A stretch of 64,000 bases of DNA from assembly GCF_009914755.1 (NCBI RefSeq), contig NC_060935.1; one strand, written 5' to 3'. The first letter of the stretch is position 1. Each line of letters begins with the position of its first letter. The notes below the pieces were generated by a model. It saw nothing but the letters and a program-made list of their open reading frames with translations. It had not been told where the DNA came from and did not search any database. This stretch comes from the human T2T-CHM13v2.0 reference genome, Homo sapiens. Positions 48,235-60,770 of this stretch are shown here, one piece after another. The position numbers and the translations under genes are program-made.

Positions 48235-48650
48235 AATTCATGTTTACTGAACAACTAGTATGTGCCAGACATTGAAATAGAGACTTTTTACATGTGCTGT
48301 TTATTTCATCCTTATAGAAAACCTCCAAAAGATTTCTACTCTACATGTTTTTCCACTACACGAAACTCTCTTGGTTTGTCTTGTGGTCTGCTTTATACAA
48401 GTAAATGCAACAGAATTCACAGAGGGGGAGCTGCTCCTTGGTGCTTGAATGTCTGGTCCCTGTTAGTTTCTCTAAGTACACAGAAGGCAGCCTGACAGCA
48501 TGACTCTCCTCCAAAAGGTTTTCTATAAGGATGAAACAGCTGTTGACATTACCACCATATAGGTGAGAACCCTGGGACTCTGAGCAATTAAAAATTTTGT
48601 CCGTATATACCCAGCTATTAAACACCACAGTGAGAATTCAATCCAGTCCC
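48235..48650 (-). mobile_element. MIR interrupted by a templated insertion
   Basis: tttactgaacaactagtatgtgccagac...atttcatcct [insert] ...ataggtgagaaccctgggactctgag. Confidence 0.55.
48332..48510 (+). repeat. 179-bp local direct repeat, copy 2 (inserted copy)
   Basis: Match to 45484-45662; flanked by cctccaaaag twice and a 21-bp inverted repeat. Confidence 0.95.
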
Positions 48651-49059
48651 CTAAATAAGCAATTCCCTAACTATGTATTTGGGGACACTAGTGTTTTATA
48701 TGTTTCTGTAGTCTATCATGTTAGGGAAATGCTGAGATAAATAAATGTCTCAGTTACAGGATTTCTCAGAGTTGTTGATATCCTAATGTGCATTGTGAAT
48801 CTGTTAGTAAGAGACTGTGTAATGCATCCTTTCCCAAAGTAGATGAATGTGATATTGAAGCTACTCCTTGAAGGGTGAGTAGAATTTGAGTATGAGACTT
48901 TTGATCTGGTTGCTGACTGGCTGGCCAAAAGGACAACCAACTGACCATAATACTTTGTTTTTCTCCATTTTGCTCCTCCCTTTCTAATCCGCCCTGGCCC
49001 ACCTTGCTCAATGAGCACCAATCGCAGTGCCCTTTTCTTTCCCCTCAAGTTCTTAATTA

Positions 49060-49530
49060 CTCAACAACCATACTGGCTGTCTTTCATATGAATGTAAGCC
49101 CCTTTCTGCCTTGGGAATTTATAATATACTGCTCTTTCTGCCTGGACTACCTTTCACCTCCATCACCTAACTCACACTCGTCTTTCAGAGCTCAGCCTAA
49201 AGGCAGCTACCTGGGGGAAAACATTCCTAAGCACTCTAATTAGGTCAGATCTCCCTTTGTTATGTTCTCAAGGTATGTTGTATTTGTGTATCATATCAAG
49301 CATAATGTGTATCATTTGCATGTGATGCACAACATATCAATTGCAATCATATATGTATTTTTATTTGTTTATCGTCTGTCTTCTTTCTGTAGACTCCAAG
49401 ATCCTTTTGGGGTAAGGACTATGTCTGTTTTGCTTATCACCATATGCTTAGAACTGAGCATGGTACCTAATACTTGCTAGATGCTCAGTAAACATTTGCT
49501 AAGTTATTGCATGAATGATCAAATGGATGA
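49060..49530 (+). mobile_element. L2 3' fragment
   Basis: ctatgtctgttttgcttatcacc...tagatgctcagtaaacatttgc...atgaatga. Confidence 0.7.
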
Positions 49531-50546
49531 ATGAAAAAGATGACTTAATTTGTTATCATCATTAATGATAAAGCTAATTAATAAACTTTGCTTAAAATGG
49601 TGGCTCTTGTTAGAATTCCAACAGCTCAATTCTGCATCACAGGTCTGCAATGAGACAAGAAAATAATGCAAAAACATAGCCTCAAATGTGATAAATATTC
49701 CATGAAACAAAATCCTAATTTTAAAAAAATTGTTTCCATTCTGTGCATGAATTATTTTGCCAACAGGTATCTCAGCATGAAACTGCCTTCACCTCAGAAA
49801 TACCCAGCCTCAAAAGCATATTCAAGCAGTTCTTCATGACTCCCGTAAATCAAGCTCTCATCATTGAGCCATGGGAGCAAATGAATATTCTCTTTTAAAG
49901 AGTGAACAAGCAAATGCTTGGAATAAAAAGAAAGAATTACATTGAATCTTTTAAAAGACTCAGTTTTCCAACCTGGGCTGGCTAAGCAGGTAAGCCTGAC
50001 CCAGAGTCCTGGGCCAATGTTTCCATCTTCTGCGAAATTTGTTGGCCACTGAGATGGGATATTTTGGTAGCTGTGCCTTTTGTTTTACCATAGAGGACTT
50101 CTGGGAAGAGTAAATAGCATAACATCCCCCAAACATCTAGCACAATGCCTGCCCATACATTATATGCCAGTTCCCTTGCCCTTTCTGTTCTTCTTCTAGC
50201 TTGTTCTGACCTTAATTTATTGATTTATTAATTAGCTCTTCCTGTGGGTACCTCCACTCTAGACAGTGGACACTTTAAATGTGGTGATAATGTCTTATTC
50301 ATCCCTGCATCCCTAGTCTTTCTACAATGTCTGGTACACATGGGACACTAAACAAATGTTAGTTAATGAAAGAATGAATGATCTCATCCACAGTCTGCAA
50401 AGTGAGTGTGGGACCTTTTATGATCTCCTGTTACACAGTGGAAGAAATGGAAGCTCAGACAGTTCAGGTGACTTACTTGTCTGGGGATCCAACTGATGAC
50501 CCACAATCTGTGCAAACCCTCAGTTAAGGCTGGCATTCAAAGCCTT

Positions 50547-50920
50547 CGCAATGGTCTGAATGTTAGTGTCCCCCCCAACATTCATATGTTGAAATCCTAC
50601 CTTCTAGGGTGATAGTATTAAGAGGTCTGGCCTTTGGTAGGTAATTAGATCATGAGGATGGAGCCCACACAAATAAGATTAGTGCCCTTATAAAAGAGGC
50701 CTCTGAAAGCTGCCTTGCCTTGTCTATCATATGAGGACACAGTAAGAAGGTACCATTTATGACCCAGTAAACCAGCTCTCAATAGACAACAATGTTTCTG
50801 GTGCCTCCATCTTGGACTTTTCAGCCTCCAGAGCTGTGAGAAATAAATTTCTGTTGTTTATAAGCCATCCAGTATGAGGTATTTTTTTTTTTTTTACAGC
50901 AGCCTGAAGGAACTAAGACA
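50547..50920 (+). mobile_element. MLT1A solo LTR inserted in an L2
   Basis: atggtctgaatgtt...cattcatatgttgaaatcc...aactaagaca; TSD gcctt/gccct. Confidence 0.88.
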
Positions 50921-51529
50921 GCCCTGCATGACCTGGCCACTGCCTGCTATTCCAGGATTCTCTCCTGCAGCTTCTCGCCTCGTTTATTCTCTAGTAATGC
51001 AGAATAGCATGTGGCTCTACCCATGTTCTGACAGACTGAATAAATACTGAAAGAATGCTTTTTTTGTGTATGTCTGGGCCTTTGTTCCTTTTGCTCCCTC
51101 AGTCTGGCAGGTCCTTATTCAATTTACCTTTCAATTCTCTGTTGAGGCATCTCCTCCTCCTGGAAGCCTTCCGTGGATAGCACTTCCCTGCTCTGAGATG
51201 AATGTCCCCCACTCCACATAATTAGAGGGTCCTGTGCTTAGCACAGCACTTGCAACATTGTATGCTGGTTACTTTCTGGCTTACCTCCCCACCTGGAGTG
51301 TGAGCTCTTCCAGGGTAGGGGCCAGGGCCACCTGAGGTTAACGCAAGATGTGTTATAGACTACAGCTTAAATGTTTATAAAAAAACAACAAGGAATGCAC
51401 TCGCAGTCCAGTGCTCTTTCCCAGACACCACGTTGCTTCATAGATCACATAATGTGAGCATCAGGAGAAAAAAAAAATAGATCAAATGGCAACACAAACC
51501 CAAATTGGCAGCCATCCTCAAGATGCTGA

Positions 51530-51790
51530 GAGGCCGCGCATCTGCTCTCCTCACATACTAAATCCACAGTTGTGCCCTCCATGCTGAGAGAGCCGGCAGC
51601 AGCTGGCCCCCTGCTGCGAGTGAGGAGAGGAACGATTTATGACAAACGGCCCTCTCTGAATCAATCTTCGAATCAGCCCCGGCCTCTAGGAGCATAGGCA
51701 AGCTTGCGGGCCCTGTCCTCTCCCTGCTGCTGCTGCCTCTGCATTCCAACCGCATTTGGCCAAAGCCTCACCAGGGCTTGAAGAAGATGG
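51530..51790. promoter_or_regulatory. Candidate CTCF site / enhancer
   Basis: ~10 CpGs in ~225 bp of non-repeat DNA; gcagcagggggcca on - strand (51604-51617); cgatttatgac (51633-51643); E-box cagctg. Confidence 0.45.
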
Positions 51791-52066
51791 CTGATATTCA
51801 TTTCCAGGAGCAATTTTGGAAAATCAGATATTACAACATTTGATTCTCTTCAAAACAGATGGGTGTACTGCTGGCATGTCCCAAGGCTGCAGACCCCATG
51901 GCTGGCTGGCATCTGGGTGATATACATGATGCTGGGCAAAGGTTTCTGGCCAATGAGGTCTTTCATGAAACTAGTTTCCATGGCTGATGCGTCTGCTTAC
52001 CTAATGATGTCTCTGGCAGCCACATCTGGGAACATCTCTTATTTGGGAATCACTTACCATATTCTT

Positions 52067-52364
52067 TTTGTTTTTTAGACATGGGTTTCACTCTGTTGCC
52101 CAGCCTGGAGTATAGTGGTACAATCTCGGCTCACTGCAACTTCCACCTCCTGGGCTCAGGTGATCCTCCCACCTAAGCCTCCTGAGTAGCTAGGACTACA
52201 GGTGTGTGTCACCACAGCCAGATAATTTTTGTATTTTTTTTTTTTGTAGAGATGGGGTTTTGCCATGCTGCCCAGGATGGTCTTGAACTCCTGGACTCAA
52301 GTGATCCTCCCAACTTGGCTTCCCAACGTGCTGGGATTACAGGCATGAGCCACTGCACTTGGCC
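52067..52364 (-). mobile_element. AluJ
   Basis: Antisense dimer; TSD ccatattctt at 52057-52066 and 52366-52375. Confidence 0.92.
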
Positions 52365-54849
52365 TCCATATTCTTATTCTCAGAGTTGGAGCTTGCAAGT
52401 TGAACCTGGGATATAGTCCTCTGTAGTATGTTAGCCTGAAGTTGGAGGAGGAAGTCAGTCCTGATGACTCAACATGGATCTTTTCTAGAGGTCAGATCTG
52501 CTCTGCTTAGAGCCCAGGCTGAAGATGTTGGCCCTCTGCACCCCTGAGTTATACATATGATCCTGTCCTCTGGATGGTGCTGTTTGAAATAATCAAGAGT
52601 AGGGAATTCACAGGCTTGTGCATGACCCATTAGCCATTCTGATGCTAAGCTGGGCCAGTACCATTTACTCTCTTGAGAATGTGAACTAAGGAGCCCCCAG
52701 GGAATGAGGTTGTTTGTGATGACAAGAGCTGAAGCCGAGCGTTCAGATGGAAAGATGAGAGAGGTGTGGACAGCCACACACAAGCAGAAGTTAGGCAGAC
52801 ACAAAACAATAAGTGAGCTGAAGCCATGGTGTAAATACATGTGGGCGGGCTCAGTGGGAAGGGAGGATGGGAGCAGATCTGTGGAGAAGGGAGGCATCAT
52901 CCTGAGAGAGACTATAGAGCCCTGCAGGCGTTCAGGCTGCACTCCAGTTCTCATGCCCAATGCAGGTAACTTGAAGGGATGTCTGTTCTTTGAACCACAA
53001 AAGCTCCATTTATGCGTTTGCTCATTAAACAGGGTTCAACTAAACCCTGGGCTAATTGCTGCTGGGGGAAAGGACTGGGATGATTGGTGGAAGGCCCTTT
53101 GTCTTAAGGAGCTCACGGTCCTGTGGGAGAGAGAAAAGGGTAACCCAACAAGGACGTAGCTCAGCAATGGTTGATAAAACGCATAAATGTAAAAAGTAAA
53201 ATGGAAATGAGGAAGGAGCACTTGAGTTTGTCACGAGATGTCAAGGCAAGCTTTCCAGCCAGGTTGAGGAGGGGTGGGTACAGATCCTAGGTAGCTGAAA
53301 TAGATGGATTAAAAGTCTAAGAGGGAGCACAGCATAATTGGAGCTCTAAAGACACTGGGAACTGCTGGAACATAAAAGGAATATTCATGCAGAGGAGAAA
53401 GTGTAAAAATAGATATCATGACAAGAATATTCAATAATCAAGCATTGGTGAGTTAGCTTTCAGAAGCAACAACTATAAAATGATGGAGATGAAAAGAACC
53501 TTAGAGATCATCTAGTTTATTTTACCAGAGGGGAAACTGAGGCCCAGAGAGAGGGCATCACATTCATGCTTCCATGAGGCTTTCTGGAATTTCCCAAGGA
53601 TATAGGGGGCAGGAAGAGGACTAGATGCGGGACTCATGAGTACTGGCTCCAGCCTCTGACTAAAGGACAGGTGGTTGGAGTGACTTGATAGCTTTTCCAC
53701 TTCAGCCTGACACTTGATGGGGAAGGAGAATCCAACCAACTGCTCCCAAACAGAAGCACTGAGAACCCAGAGCAGCGAACAGTGAAAGAGCACATATTTA
53801 CTCTATGAATAAAGGAATAAAGGAGAATGCTTGCCTTCAATGCATACTGCTAACCTGGAATGCTTTCTTTGTCTTCTCCAAATCCTGTTTTCCTTTCAAT
53901 ATTTGGTTTAACTCCCTTCTCCTCCAGGAAGCCTTCTGTGAACACTCAGAACCTGCAGTTTGGAGGCTTTCTCTCTCCTATGGCCCCTCAGGGTTTACCT
54001 CCACAGTGAACTCACATGACTTGTCTGCTGTTGTGAGTTTCCTGCTTGTCTATGGAGTTCTTTCTTCAACTGGAAGTTCCTGCTCTGTGGAGGGGCTACC
54101 TTTGATACTCTCTTATACCTACAGCACAGTCCCATGCCTGGTACAAGGAAATATGGATGGATTCTGCTAAGTTTTGCAAAATGATTTTTTTCTGCCTTCC
54201 CTCTCATCCTTCCAAAGCTAATTGGACTTAGTATTATTGTCTAGTTTCTATTATTGCCTGCCAGAGTTTCCTCATGTTTTTCACAACACTGAATGCTGAT
54301 TTTCACATCTCTTTATGTTCACAGTGGGCTTCATAGTTGACAAATACACTCATATATGTGGAGACTAAAGGTTAGGAAAATTAAGTGACCCTCTAGGTTT
54401 TGGGGGTGATGCTGGTCAAAGTGATAAATGAGTTCAAAGTCACAGTTACATGAACTGAGGGCTGGCAGGAGGTTAAGGAGAACTGCTGATTTAAAAATCT
54501 TCAGGTAGTGAGAGTGTTGGAATAGCACAGGCTATTCTTCTGCATCTCAGAGTCCTCATGTATGATGTGACTGATGCAGACAAGATTAGGGATCTTTGAT
54601 CTCTGGCTGTCTATGATAATGCAATAGTTGCTTTGTGGGTTTCACACTCATTGTCCTATTATTAAACCCATCTATTTGACCTACCTGGTGTTTATTGTGT
54701 TTTGACAGATAATGAGATGCGTTTTCTCATTCTCTTTTACTTTTCTCTTTTTCTTACATCATTCTTCTCTTAATTTGTTGCATATTCAACCTCTGGCCCA
54801 ATCACATTAATTGTATGCCCAGTATATGTTAAAGGACGTTACTAGGCTG

Positions 54850-55333
54850 AACCTTTTTCATTTGACTCCCAGATCCACTTTCACTTTTCTCCACCCTGCC
54901 TGTACTCATGGAGGTTGCCCCTCTGTGGACTGCAGCAGTGGGCTCTCTTGACCTGTGGTGTCTGATTGGCCTTGGCTTGGCCAGTGGGAGGCAACGACAG
55001 GAGGGTAAAGGGTAGGGGTGAAATCGAGGTCAGAGTGTCTTTGCCCTGGCTGTCACTCTGCTGGTCACTGGGCACTGGCTGCAGCCTTTTAGGAAGGGCT
55101 CAGCTCTTGTCAGGGGCCCTCTCCACATAGCCATATTTTCTGGGTCCCCTTAACTGTTCCTTTAGGCTTAGGGTTGGAAACAGCTCTCTGCTCTTGCTAG
55201 TCATATGATTCATATCCTCCCTTGTAGTTTTCTTAAACCTGTCCAAATCTTTGCACATATGCCTTTCTTAAATTCACCACAATTACCCAATTTGAGTGTG
55301 CCATCTGTTTCTTCCTGGGACCTTGACTGATAG
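54850..55333 (+). mobile_element. LTR33-like ERVL solo LTR
   Basis: ttggccagtgggaggc...aattacccaatttgagtgtgccatctgtttcttcctgggaccttgactgata. Confidence 0.7.
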
Positions 55334-55344
55334 TCACCACAAAA

Positions 55345-55635
55345 GTACAAAAAAGGAAGGATTCCACTTATATCATGTACCTAGAAGAGTCAAATTCATA
55401 AAGACATAAGGTAGAATGGTGTTTACCAGGGACTGGAGGAAGGGAAAAATGGGGGGTTCTTGTTTAATGGGTACAGAGTTTCAGTTTGGGATGATGAAAA
55501 AGTTCTGGAGATGGTTAGTGGTGATGATCACACAAAAATGTAAATGTATTTACTGTCACTGAACTGTACATTTAAAAATTGTTAAAGTGGGAAATCTTAT
55601 GTTATATATATTTTATCACAATGAAAACAATAAAT
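55345..55635 (+). mobile_element. L1MB-like 3' end
   Basis: gtcaaattcataaagac...gtacagagtttcagtttgggatgatgaaaaagttctggagatgg. Confidence 0.8.
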
Positions 55636-56992
55636 AAAGGAAAAATAGATGCCAATTGTTTATTAATGCCTTATAGGCTAGAGCCAAAACAATATCTTTT
55701 TTCATTTTCCATATTCCAGTGAAGGGACCATTTTGGGTCAGCCCGTGCATTTACTGGAACGTTTTTTTCCTGCCAAACTATTCATCATGTTCAGAATGCT
55801 ACTTAATTTATTTGGGCAAATAGATGTGCGTCCGTCTTGGTCTGGAAAAAAAAAAAAATAGCCCTGGTATACAATACTGATAGATAGTATCCTCTAGTCT
55901 TGTCCTTACTTTAAAGCCTGGCTCATCTCCTCATATTCCATGAGGATTTCCAAAATTGCTACAATGTGTTTTGTCATTCTTCTTCCTGCCTCTGAACTCC
56001 AACAGTACTGTGAACCTCCTGTCTCTGAACTCCAGCAGTACTCTGTAGAAGTTAGTCCATTATTTTACTTCTGGTTCTAATCTCAGACAGTTGTCTCCCA
56101 AATATTCAGAGTTTCTTGAGGACAAGGATCATAGCCTTATTGCTATGTACCTTATTACAATATATACTATATTATATAATATTATAATTATATTGTATTA
56201 TTGCCATAGTTGCCCCATTTACCTAGATTGATGTTGAATGGTCTTCAATACATGCTTGGTGATTGATTACAACCTTACATAAATGATATTGTGCAATTTA
56301 CATAATAAAATATATTGCAAAACAGAATATGTTTCTCTCTGACTCTGATTTCTATTTCTAGGAAGACTAATTTTCTCAAACTTACACACAGCCCAGACTC
56401 TTGACAGAAATCTGGCATCCAGGAACCATGGGGTGGTTTGGTGGTTTGGGTGTTTTTTTTTTTTTTTTTTCCTTCAGTTTCTCATGCCCTCTAAGCCAGA
56501 ATTTTAAAGAAAACACTTAAAATCTTTAAGACAGCATGAGCTCCACTCCAGGAACTGTGGAAGTGGGCAGCAGCAGACCTTCCATTTCACCAAAGAATAG
56601 ACATTTGTTCTGCTGGAATTGTTCTTAGACTACTTGTTGTTTCCTCCTTTGCTTCTCTCTCTTTTTGAGTAGCAAATTATGTGACTTATTTATATCATGA
56701 TCCTTGTGTCATCTTAAGCATGGCTTTTTCCATGGAAGAAGGAATTTGGTTTTATTCAGAATATGAAAACTGCTAGTAATTTCCAGTTCCATATATGAGC
56801 ATTGCTCAAATTAGCTGATATGTTAGAGACTCAGGGAGGTGAGCCCTAATAGCCCTAAGGCTTACTTTTGTCCTATTCTCTGAATTGAATACTGGAATGG
56901 AATACTGGAGTCCTGAAATTGGAATGTGACAATAAATTAGAATATTAGTGTGTTCAAGTCCTTAGCTCTTTTATCTATTATGATCTGTGTTT

Positions 56993-57614
56993 ATTTTATT
57001 TATTTTACTTTCAGTTCTGGGATCCATGTGCTGAACATGCAGGTTTGTTACATAAGTATACATGTGCCATGGTGATCTGCTGTACCTATCAATCCGTCAT
57101 CCAGGTTTTAAGCCCTGCATGCATTAGGTATTTGTCCTAATCCCTCCCCTTTCCCCCTATCCCCCGTCAGTCCCCAGTATGTGATGCTCCCCTCCCTGTG
57201 TCCACATGTTCTCATTGTTTACCTCCCACTATGAGTGAGAACATGTGGTGTTTGGTTTCCTGTTCATGTGTTAGTTTGCTGAGGATGATGGTTTCCAGCT
57301 TTATCCATGTCCCTGCAAAGGACATGAACTCATTCTTTTTCATGGCTGCATAGTATTCCATGGTGTATACGTGCCACATTTTCTTTATCTAGTCTATCAC
57401 TGATGGGTATTTGGGTTAGTTCCAAGTCTTTGCTATTGTAAATAGTACTGCAATAAACAAACGTGTGCATGCTTCTTTATAGAAGAATGATTTACAATTC
57501 TTTGGGTTATACCCAGTAATGGGACTGCTGGGTCAAATGGTATTTCTGGTTCTAGATTCTTGAGGAATTACCACACTGTCTTCCACAATGGTTGAACTAC
57601 TTTACACTCCCAAG
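56993..57614 (-). mobile_element. 5'-truncated L1PA (PA7/8-like) 3' end inside an older L1M
   Basis: gaacatgcaggtttgttacat...ccacactgtcttccacaatggttgaac; TSD atgatctgtgttt (56980-56992) / atgatctgcattt (57615-57627). Confidence 0.88.
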
Positions 57615-58134
57615 ATGATCTGCATTTCTTGTTGATTTGTATAAATGATTTCTATATTAAAGATAGCTTGCCATATTTTATATTTATCACATTTTAAATT
57701 AGTTCATTGTCTGTCTCTTAATTTTATTGTGGCACTATGTAAAATTTTCACTTTTATGTAATTCTTATGAATTAGTACTTGACTGGTTGGGTGTCTCATT
57801 CCATTGAATTGTCTATTTTTATGTTAGTACTGCATTTGATGCTAATGAGCTAAGTGGCTTTTCATACTTTTTTTTGTGAAAATATAATTGGTGAAACTAT
57901 TCAGGAAAAGCAATTTTCCAATAGATTTCAAGAGGCTGAAAAAACATGTTCATATCCTTTGACCCAATAATTCCCCATCTAGGAATCCATACTAAAGATA
58001 GAATGTAAAATAGTGTATGCAGTATGATCTCAACAATGTGAATAATCTACAAAGAAAGGTTAGAAGAAAATTAAGAGTGGTTACCTCTGGTTAGCAAAAT
58101 TATGAGTGAGTCCTTACTTTGCTGCATATTTTTG

Positions 58135-58890
58135 AAAAAAAATTATTGTGATAAGAACACTTAACATTAAATCTACTCTTAACATGTTTTCTTCCATGAG
58201 TTTTACAGTTTCATGTCTTAGGTTTAAATCTTCAATTCATTCTGAGTTGATTTTTGTTTAAGGTGTAATAAATTATCCAATAAAGATAATTGTCGAACTT
58301 CATTCTTTCTGCATGTTGATATCCAATTTTCCAAGTACCATGTATTGAAGAGACTATACTTTCCCCATTGCATATTCTTGTCACCCTTGTTGAAGATTAG
58401 TTGACCATAAATGTGATATTTCTGGGCCCTCTATTCTGTTCCATTGAGCTATATGTCTGTTTCATGTCAGTGCCATGCTGTCTTAATTACTGTAGCTTTG
58501 TAATATTAAAATCAGGAAGTGTGGTGCTTGTAGTTTTCAGTGTATAAATCCTTCAGTTTCTTAGTTTGGTTTATTTCATTCCTTCTGATGCTATTGTAAA
58601 TAGGATTGTTTTCATAATTCCCTTTTTGGTTAGCTTTTTGGTAGTGTATTGAAATACAACCGATTTTTGTACGTTGATTTTGTATGCTGCAACTTTACTG
58701 GATTTGTTTATTGGTTCTAACAATTTTTGTGGAGTCTTTAAGGGTTTTCTATATTTAAAATCCAGTCATTGGCAAACAGGGACCATTTTACTTCTTATTT
58801 TTCATTTTAGACACTTTTATTTCTTTTTCTTGCCTAATTGTTCTAGCTAGGACTTCCAGCCCCATGTTCAGTAGAAGTGGAAAGAGCAGG
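58135..58890 (-). mobile_element. L1MA/MB fragment
   Basis: tgataagaacacttaacattaaatctactc...gttctagctaggacttccag. Confidence 0.75.
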
Positions 58891-58899
58891 CATCTATGT

Positions 58900-59530
58900 G
58901 ATCACCCTTCTAGTCCATTCTACACACAGTAGCCAGGGTTATCTTTTCAAATTGCCAACGAGTTCGTGTCACCCATCTGATTATAACCTCCAGTGGTTTC
59001 CCAGTTTTCTTAGAACAAGATCAAAACCCTCCATATGGGTTGTGTGCCCTGAAGCACCTGCCCCTAACCCCCACCCTACTCTATTCTCCCGAGAAACCCC
59101 TCTCTTTATGCCTTTCTGGGCTCTGGCCCCACTTTCAGTTCCTTGACAGTGTCATGCTCTTTCCTTCAACAGGGCTTTTTGGTACATGCCACAGTGCTTA
59201 ATGCTGCCATCCGCACACTCTACAAAGCCCCTCCCAATCCCCTCTCCTGCTAGCTCAAGCATCATTTCCTCAGGGAGTCTTTGCCGACACCGGCTCTAAG
59301 GTGGCCAGGTCCATTGTCATGTTCTCTCAGTAAACCATGCCCCTTTCCTTTAGACCACTCATCCTAATTTGAAGTATTTGTATAGTTATTTGAAGAAATA
59401 CAACTTTTCTCCCTAACGGCATCATGATAACAGGAGCCATATCTTTCATTCTTCATGATTATATTCCCAGTATCTGCCACGGAGCTTGGTAGTTGCTTAT
59501 TGAAAGTCTTTTAAATAAATGACTGAGTAA
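58900..59530 (+). mobile_element. L2 fragment
   Basis: tccattctacacacagtagccaggg...aacctccagtggtttccc. Confidence 0.65.
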
Positions 59531-60429
59531 GATATAACTTCCTCTGTGCAACCTTCCAGACTGTGCTGTGTGGAGTTCGTAACCAACTCCTGTCTTTGTG
59601 CTCATCTGGCACTCATATCCAACTATGGCTTTCCCCATCTGTAAAATGGGGCTAACCACATGTCACAGTGTTGAATAGAAAGTGAACTTTGATGATGGAC
59701 ACGCTCATTGCAATGGCTGTCATTCAGAGAGTGCTCAAAAAAGTGCTTGTTTTCTTTACAATCACACTTAGTTCTTTTAAGCATGAGCACTCTAAAGGAA
59801 ACAGGCCTCACCTCTCTCATTTCATTAGCCCTCAAAAAGCCTTGCACATAATAAGTGAGCCCCCAAGAGTGCTCCATGTCTGAATGATGGAACTGAGACA
59901 TTAGTTGACACTCTCCCTGGCTGTCTTTTCTAAGACTAAATCCTTAATTGCCTCATCTTCCTGTGAAGCATCTTTTCTGATCACATAACTCTTGGCACTC
60001 CCTGGCTAATTCATTTTTATCAGCTGGATTGCTCTACAGTTAAATTCCAGTGCACTGCAGCCTCTGGAGTTCTCCTCAGCACTGGAAGGCAGTTTGGCTC
60101 ATTTGAACAAATTGCTTAAGATGTTAAATTAGACTTAATTGTATTTAGGAAGAAGAATTAAAAAAAAAGGAAGGATATCAATTGTCCTCATATCTACAAT
60201 CTTCCCAAATGGCCTTATTTTATTACTGACAGTTCCCAAGGCATGTTTTGCATTGTGACTGTGACTTGTCCTGAGTAGGAGGTTTTAAGTAATTTTTACT
60301 GTCATCAGCCAAATCACTGAGAATGTACTAGATGTTTGGCACTGTGCTCACAGCACAGTAGAACTATTCCTGACCTCAAGATATGTACACCGTGGTTGGG
60401 GTAGTCCATTAATAGACTGTTAACACCAT

Positions 60430-60770
60430 TACTTTGTCTACTCATGCTTTTCCCTTTCACCTACCCGGATCCACTGTGCTCCTAATGAAATCCTATTTAT
60501 TCTCTAAAACTCAGCTCAGACATCCTCTCTTCCCAGAAATGTCTCTATTATTTCACAAAAAATTAATGACTCCTTCAATTGGATTAAATCTGTATTGTGA
60601 ACATACTTCTATTTTTATACTCAACAGTCTGTGTTATTTTGTTAAATATTTCTCTGCCTTTTGGGAGTGTAAGATTCTTTAAGGTAGGGGAATAATCAAA
60701 TCGTCTGCACTTAATACAGTGATTAGAATATAGTACATACTCAATAAATGCTTGTTGAACTGAATTGACA
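60430..60770 (+). mobile_element. L2 3' end
   Basis: atagtacatactcaataaatgcttgttgaactgaattga. Confidence 0.7.

Noticed and set aside
48304-48536. Known MITE / DNA transposon
   Set aside because: The direct repeat lies inside, not outside, the inverted repeats; the cargo is local unique DNA and the left arm appears MIR-derived. Kept as a repair scar instead.
52469-53159. Overlapping 163-aa (-) and 151-aa (+) ORFs in mostly unique DNA
   Set aside because: No recognisable domain or exon structure; lengths are plausible by chance; the + ORF runs into an L2-like fragment.
56150-56205. AT-rich quasi-palindrome
   Set aside because: Low-complexity TA tract, where self-complementarity is expected.
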